A DNA stretch of 64,000 nucleotides from NCBI RefSeq assembly GCF_009914755.1, contig NC_060942.1; one strand, written 5' to 3'. Numbering within the stretch: the first letter of the stretch is position 1; each line of letters opens with the position of its first letter. Source of the DNA: the human T2T-CHM13v2.0 reference genome, Homo sapiens. Shown piece by piece: positions 54,300 to 64,000 of the stretch. A program made the translations under genes and the position numbers. Under the pieces are notes generated by a model. The model was given only the letters and a program-made list of their open reading frames with translations, made no database searches and was not told the origin of the DNA.

Positions 54300-54500
54300 T
54301 CTCATGGAGCAAGCTCTGTCAGAAACTTTACCTGCGATGTCATATTGAATCCTGTAGCAATGCTTGAAGGTTACTATTATTCTTTGTTTCTAAGTTGAGA
54401 ATTGAGGTTAAGAGACATGATGAGAGTGGCCCAAGATCACACAGCTGATAAGTGAAAGCTGTGATTTCAATGAGAGCTTCTCTGACCCTCAGACTCTAAC
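54300..54500 (-). mobile_element. MIR fragment
   Basis: 'gcccaagatcacacagctgataagtg'. Confidence 0.7.
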
Positions 54501-54540
54501 AACAACTTTTATAGCTCAGGGGTCTCAAATTTGGAAAGCC

Positions 54541-54824
54541 TTTTTTTCTTTTTTCCCGAGACAGGCGCTCGTTCTGTCGCCCAGGCTGGAGTGCAGTGTC
54601 GCGAACTCCGCTCACTGCAACATCCATCTCCTGGGCTCAAGCCATCCTCCATAGTAGCTGGGATCCTAGACACACCAGCATGCCTGGCTAATTTTTGTAT
54701 TTTTTGTAGAGACAGGGTTTTGCCATGTTGCCCAGGCTGGTCTCGAACTTCTGGGCTCAAGTGATCCGTCTGCCTTGCCCTCCCAAATTGCTGAGATTAC
54801 AGGTGTGAGCCACTGCACCCTTCC
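54541..54824 (-). mobile_element. AluJ
   Basis: Antisense dimer 'ctgggctcaagtgatcc'; TSD-like gaaagcctt. Confidence 0.9.
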
Positions 54825-55069
54825 AGAAAGCCTTCTTTTCACAGAAATAAAGCCTTCTTTAGCAGGCAATACATAAATATAAAGGCTTTTGTGTATGATG
54901 TCTGCTAAACACAAGTTCTTTCAAGAGGACGCATGTTACAAAACAGTGTTTCTTCGATTTAAATAAGGTGCAGGTCCCATAGAAGATGAAAGTCAAAACA
55001 AAACAAAAGCTCCCACATTTCCTAAAGCTCCAGTGACTTCTGATTGAGTGGAGGTACTGGACACTGCAG

Positions 55070-55225
55070 TAAGGGTTTTGGTCTTCAGCAGCCCGTATGA
55101 AAAGCATACTCTTTGAAACATATTGTTAGTGATCTCTGCATCTCCAATAAGGATCTTGGTCTTCAGCAGCCCTGTATGAAAAGAATACTCTTTGAAACAT
55201 ATTGTTAGTGATCTCTGCATCTCCA
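55070..55225. repeat. 78-bp tandem duplication (2 copies)
   Basis: 'ttggtcttcagcagccc...ctctttgaaacatattgttagtgatctctgcatctcca' occurs twice. Confidence 0.95.
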
Positions 55226-55255
55226 GTCTCTCTATTGTGTGCACTCAGGGCCTTT

Positions 55256-55700
55256 GTATCAGTTAGAATATTTTCCCTTACAATTTATAAAATGCCTGGA
55301 TCCACACTGGCATGAACCCTTAGGATATTTATTTTGCATCTCGAGAAGCTCAGAGGTGATTAGGCCACAGCACCCCTCCCACAGTTCCCTTGGTCTGCTC
55401 TCCTCCATAGTGACTTCCTCTTTGGCTCAGCAGCAGGAGGACCATAGAAGCTCCAGGTGTCACATTCAGTTCTGGTCTGTGCTGCAGAGAGATCAAGGAC
55501 TGTCCTATCTGGTGTCCCCTATCTTTTTGGATTGAAGGAAGAGATTCAGAAGCCCCTTAACCCAAGCAGATTTCCTCATACAACCCATTGATCAAAAATA
55601 ATGACATACCTTTCCCAATAAGTCACCTGGAAGGGGAATGGGATTATCATGTGAATGGTCCTATCAGTATCCATCTTTCCTCTGAACATTGTCATGAAAC
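55256..55700 (-). mobile_element. Old MaLR-like LTR fragment
   Basis: 'tgtatcagttagaat' start, 'agctccaggtgtcaca', 'aaggggaatgggattatcatg'. Confidence 0.5.
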
Positions 55701-55864
55701 GGGTACATACCTGAACATAATGAGGATAGGATTCCTTTAGAAATGAGGCAAAAGATGGATGTTGGATTGACAACTAAGAGTCCTGTTCCTGTCCTCAATT
55801 AATAATTGTTGAAAACAAATAAATGACTGAATGTGCATGATCTCTGAGCAGGTTTGATTGGGAA

Positions 55865-56095
55865 TAAGAGTAAAAGCACTGGATGTGGAATTGTTTTCTG
55901 GCTCGTTACTCATCCCACAGTAGCAGTGTGACTTTGAACAAATCACTTCATTTTCTGAGCCTTGGTTTCCTCATTTGTAAAGTGGAGACCTGCCCCATTT
56001 AACTCACAGGGTTATTATGAGAATTAAATATCTGTGTGTAAATGCTTTGTGTATGACAAAAGGCAATGTAAATGTGAGGCATTATTATTATTAAT
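55865..56095 (+). mobile_element. MIR, near full length
   Basis: 'tgtgactttgaacaaatcacttcattttctgagccttggtttcctcatttgtaaagtgg', (att)n tail. Confidence 0.85.
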
Positions 56096-56249
56096 ACTGA
56101 GAATTTAATCAACCTGGTTATTGTGTCAGTGAGCAAATATTTATTATTTTCTATGAGCCAAGTGCAATTTAAGTGTGAGATATGGAGACCACAGAGAAAT
56201 GTAATATGCAGAAAATACATAAACTTACTGAAGAATCAAAATGTCGCAA

Positions 56250-57437
<1,188 letters not shown>

Positions 57438-57536
57438 ATTAATTAATTAATTAATTTAGATTTCTATGTAATAATATGAAAAGACATTCAAGATTTATGA
57501 TGAAGTGACAGAAGCAAATTGAAGATCTGTACGTGA

Positions 57537-57890
<354 letters not shown>

Positions 57891-58167
57891 TAGAGTCCAG
57901 ACTGAGAAGTATGTTTGTAATATTCTAAGAAAAATTGAAGGTGTCTCTAAAGAGAAGAAATACAGATTCTACGTTTTGGTTTAAGTATCTTCCAGATCTT
58001 ACCTGCTTTTTGGATGTGAACATGAGCTGATTCTATGTCTTCTGAAGTTGAATCTGTTACTCCAAAATTACTCATTATCTTCACATTTTCTGCTGTTCGG
58101 TTTCCAGGCTTTGCTCTCATAGACCCCTTCTTTTAGACTACAACATTCCAGGAAGGCGAGAAACTGT

Positions 58168-58688
<521 letters not shown>

Positions 58689-59301
58689 TTAGGTTCTGAA
58701 AAATTTCTTTTATTTTCAAGATCTGAGAATGTACCAGTGTCTGAAAACTGTGCTCCATACTCTTCTTCAGACTACAATTTTCCCCTCTACAGTATCTACC
58801 ATTTAAATACTAAGATCCACGCAATAAAGAGTATAATCTTAGGATCTATGAGTTCAGACATTGAGAATAACCGTAAGCCCATAATAAATCAGAGGTTTTG
58901 ATGCTGAATGATTGAGTTACATCATTGCCATTAACAAGTAACAAAGTAGGAGCAGAAGAGAAATTGAGATTGAAGACAAGCTGTTAGCTTTTAAACAAGA
59001 TGAATTTGGAAAAGTGGATATGCGCAGCAAGCATTTGGATTAAGAAAATCAAAATGCAGATAAAAGTTTCAAATTGTGATTTAGGATGTGGAGTCATTCA
59101 CATTTGGCATATGTTGGAAAACCATCTAATTGAATTGATTTTAAAATATTCTATCATTAAATTTTGCAAAATTTATTTGGACTAAATTGTATTCAAAATA
59201 ATGTATTTAATGCTATGATGATGTTAATATATCCATGTCTATACACATTCTTATTGAGTTGTAAAATAAACAATAAACAAATAAAATATGTTTATCTCCA
59301 C

Positions 59302-60538
<1,237 letters not shown>

Positions 60539-61095
60539 TCAGATATGCCCATGATGTATGCTATTATTTTTAAAAAGTATGACTTTACATCCTCCTATCC
60601 AATCACAATGTTCTTTCTTCATTTTTCAATTACTTGATCAGACTTAATTTCACATGTACTTGACAGATATTGTCATTATAGATACATACATAAGAAGGTT
60701 ATGATTAGAAGAGATATCCAAAACATCTACTTGGTTGAACATTTTACATATCACGTTCTTAATAATTTATTGCTAAATTAATAAATTCTTTACTGCAGAA
60801 TAGGAAAGTTACAGAGTTTCAGAAAAAAGAAATATGTAATCTAATCATAGCCAAATTTGCTCCAGTCTCACAGCACTGTGTAATCAGTTCAGTATGCACA
60901 AAAATAATCCATTATTTCTTTCATCCCAGAGCAGAATAATTTATGTTGGGATGGGTGATGTATGCTAGTGAAAAAGAAGGTAATCCACATAGTTCTTGGG
61001 AACGACCAGAAAAATCCAAATGCAGAGAATCCAGAGGTAAAAATAATAGTAACATGAAGAATAGCAAAGACTGCAAGTTTCCAGTCTTGTATATT

Positions 61096-61912
61096 GTTTC
61101 AGAAAAACTCTCATACCATGTTTTTCCTCTGCTCTTCCATTAGCACAACAATCAACACAGAAGACTTCTGTGACCCCAAAATATGTGGGGACTCCTCCCC
61201 ACAAGCAAGCAAACAATCAGTTCTGCAGCAGACATCAGCTGGGTGCCCTCCGATTCAATTCTGACACTAACTTCCTAAAGATAGCATCAGATCCCACAGG
61301 CTGAGGGCTCAGTCCCCAAGACTAACCCACTTAGATGTCAGTCACCAGTCCAGGCCTTCGGAACTTCTGACCAAACAGCTTCAAGTTGTGGTTCCCACAA
61401 CTTCTACTTTGGGTTTGATTAGTTTACTGGAGTGGCTCACAGAACTATAGGAAACTGGAAACATTTAGGTTTGCCAGTTTATTATAAAGGATGTTACAAA
61501 GAATACAGATAAACAGATGCATAGGGTGAGGTACTCGGGAAAGGTGCAGAGCTTCCATGCCCTTCCTGGCTACACCACTCTCCAGGAACCTCCATGTGTT
61601 CAACTATTCGGAAGCTCTCTGAACCCTGTCCTATAGGGGTTTTATGGAAACTTCATGACATCAGCATTCCTTACTGCAGGGTATGAGGCGGGACCCTTTC
61701 TGGAATGAGGGTCTTATGACCCACAGTCAGAAAGGCAGAAGAAGATTAGAGTCCTGCCTTGGGATAAGTAAAAGGAGGGCAGGAGAAAGTCAGAGAGATT
61801 TTTTTCCTGAGGTCTGCTTCTGAGTCCTGACATATCTAGCATTATAACAAAAGATAGTAACGAGGATTATGGGAGTTATGAGGCAGGAAGCTTGGACAAA
61901 AATCTACATATA
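61096..61912 (-). mobile_element. MER21A/B-like LTR, truncated by L1
   Basis: 'caacacagaagacttctgtgacc', 'cagatcccacaggctgagggctcagtccccaagact', 'ggaacctccatgtgttca'. Confidence 0.85.
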
Positions 61913-61957
61913 TAAATTTGTGGGATACAGCAAAAGCAGTGCTTAGGGAGAAATTTA

Positions 61958-62381
<424 letters not shown>

Positions 62382-63341
62382 TCATAAAAATAGAGCAAAA
62401 ATTAAAGGAATTTAAAATAGAAAATTGATTTTATAAAATCAGTTAAACCAAAAGCCAATTTTCTAAAAGGGTCAATAAAATTGATAAGCCTCTAGCCAGG
62501 GTGGCTAAGACACAAAGAGGAAAAACACAAATTGCTAAGATCAGCAGTGAAAGAGGGGACATCACTGCAGATCACATGGACATTAAAAGGAAAATAAATG
62601 AAGATTATGAACAAACCTGTGCCCACACGTCTGATAACTTTGATGAAATGGACTAATTCCTTAAAAGGTCTAATCTTTTAAAACTCACACAAGAAGAAAT
62701 AGAAAATATGAATAGGACCACATCTATTTTTAAATTAATTAATAACCTCATAAAAATAAAGCATCAGGCTCAGCTAAGGAAGAAATTATGTTAATTCTCT
62801 CCCAGAAGATAGAAACAGAGGACATACTTCCTAACTCATTCTATGAGGCCAGCATGGCTCTAATGCCGAAGCCAGACAAAAAGATTATAAGAAAAAACAA
62901 ACAAAACTACAGATCTATATATCTCAAAAACATTGGTGCAAAAATCCTCAACCAAATATTAGCAAATCAAATTCAGCAATGTGTAAAGTGATTTACACAC
63001 TATGACCAAGTGGGATTTATCTCAAGTGTTTAAGTCTGGTTCAATGTTTGACAATTAATTAATGTAATCACCTGGTTAAAGAAGGAAAATTACATGATCT
63101 TATCAATAGATGCAGGAAAAAGCATTTGACAAAATCTAACACCACCCATTCTTAAAACAAAATGTCTCTCAGAAAACTAGCAATACAGGGAAATATCCTC
63201 AACTTGGTAAAGAACATTTTAAGAAATCATAGTTAATAATGAGAAACTTGAAACTTCTTCACTACCATTGGGAAAACAGCAAGTATACTACCTCTCACCA
63301 GTGCTTTTCGACTTGATATCAAAAGTACTAGCTAATGCAGT

Positions 63342-63385
<44 letters not shown>

Positions 63386-63418
63386 AAAGAAAAAGAGAGA
63401 GAGAAAAGAAAGAGAGGA

Positions 63419-63477
<59 letters not shown>

Positions 63478-63517
63478 GAAAGAAAGAAAGAAAGAAAGGA
63501 AGGAAGGAAGGAAGGAA
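63342..63517. repeat. (GAAA)n/(GGAA)n tetranucleotide expansion inside L1
   Basis: About 175-bp pure purine run read directly. Confidence 0.95.
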
Positions 63518-64000
63518 ATACAGATTGGGAAGAAAAAATAAAATTGTGTTTGTTCACACATGACATGATTGTCTGTGTAGAAAATCCAAAAGAATCAACA
63601 AAAAAGCCTCCTGAAATTAACAAATAATTACAGCAAGTTTGCTGGAAATGAAGTTCATATACAAAATTGAATTACTTTTCCATATATCCACAATCAACAA
63701 ATGGAATTTGAAATTAAAAACACATTATCATTTATATTAGCATCCTCAAAATGTAATATTTCTGCATAAATTTAACAAAATATGTATATAATTTATATGA
63801 GGAGAACTACAAAATTCTGAAGAAATATGTCAAAGACTAAATAAATGGAAAGATATCTCAGGTTCATGGGTAGAAAGACTCAATATTGTTGAAATGTTAA
63901 TTCTTCCCAACTTAATCTATAGATTCAATGTAATTACAATTAAAACTCTTTTAAGAAAATATTATTGTGTAAACATAATTATAATATTATAGTGTTGGAT

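Noticed and set aside
62788-63627. RT-like ORF and KERK-rich ORF
   Set aside because: Degraded L1 ORF2 and a translation of the (GAAA)n repeat; not an intact reverse transcriptase or a new retroelement.

Overview
AT-rich, CpG-poor primate (human-like) genomic DNA, intronic or intergenic. I found no credible protein-coding exon, RNA gene, CpG-island promoter, CRISPR array or prokaryotic system. The supplied ORFs I can interpret come from repeats (Alu, L1, THE1-int, microsatellites); the rest are short and compositionally random. A large part of the window is recognisable interspersed repeat: a full-length THE1 MaLR element, solo LTRs (MLT1, MLT2B, MSTA, MSTB, MER4-group, MER21/MER77-like, LTR16/33-like), several L1 fragments, L2, MIR, 14 Alu elements, and DNA-transposon fossils (a MER5 cluster, MER58A, MER33, MER82, MADE1). 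Family names come from recalled consensus sequences, not a RepeatMasker run, so subfamily labels are approximate. I did not find a new biological system. The most notable items are mutational fossils visible in the sequence: a 142-bp templated copy inserted inside an MLT1A LTR, a 26-nt polyadenylated micro-insertion with a 22-bp TSD resembling a MER21 LTR segment, a THE1 with discordant LTRs and no TSD, a twin-priming L1 inversion, two tightly spaced inverted Alu pairs, and an E-box-rich candidate enhancer.
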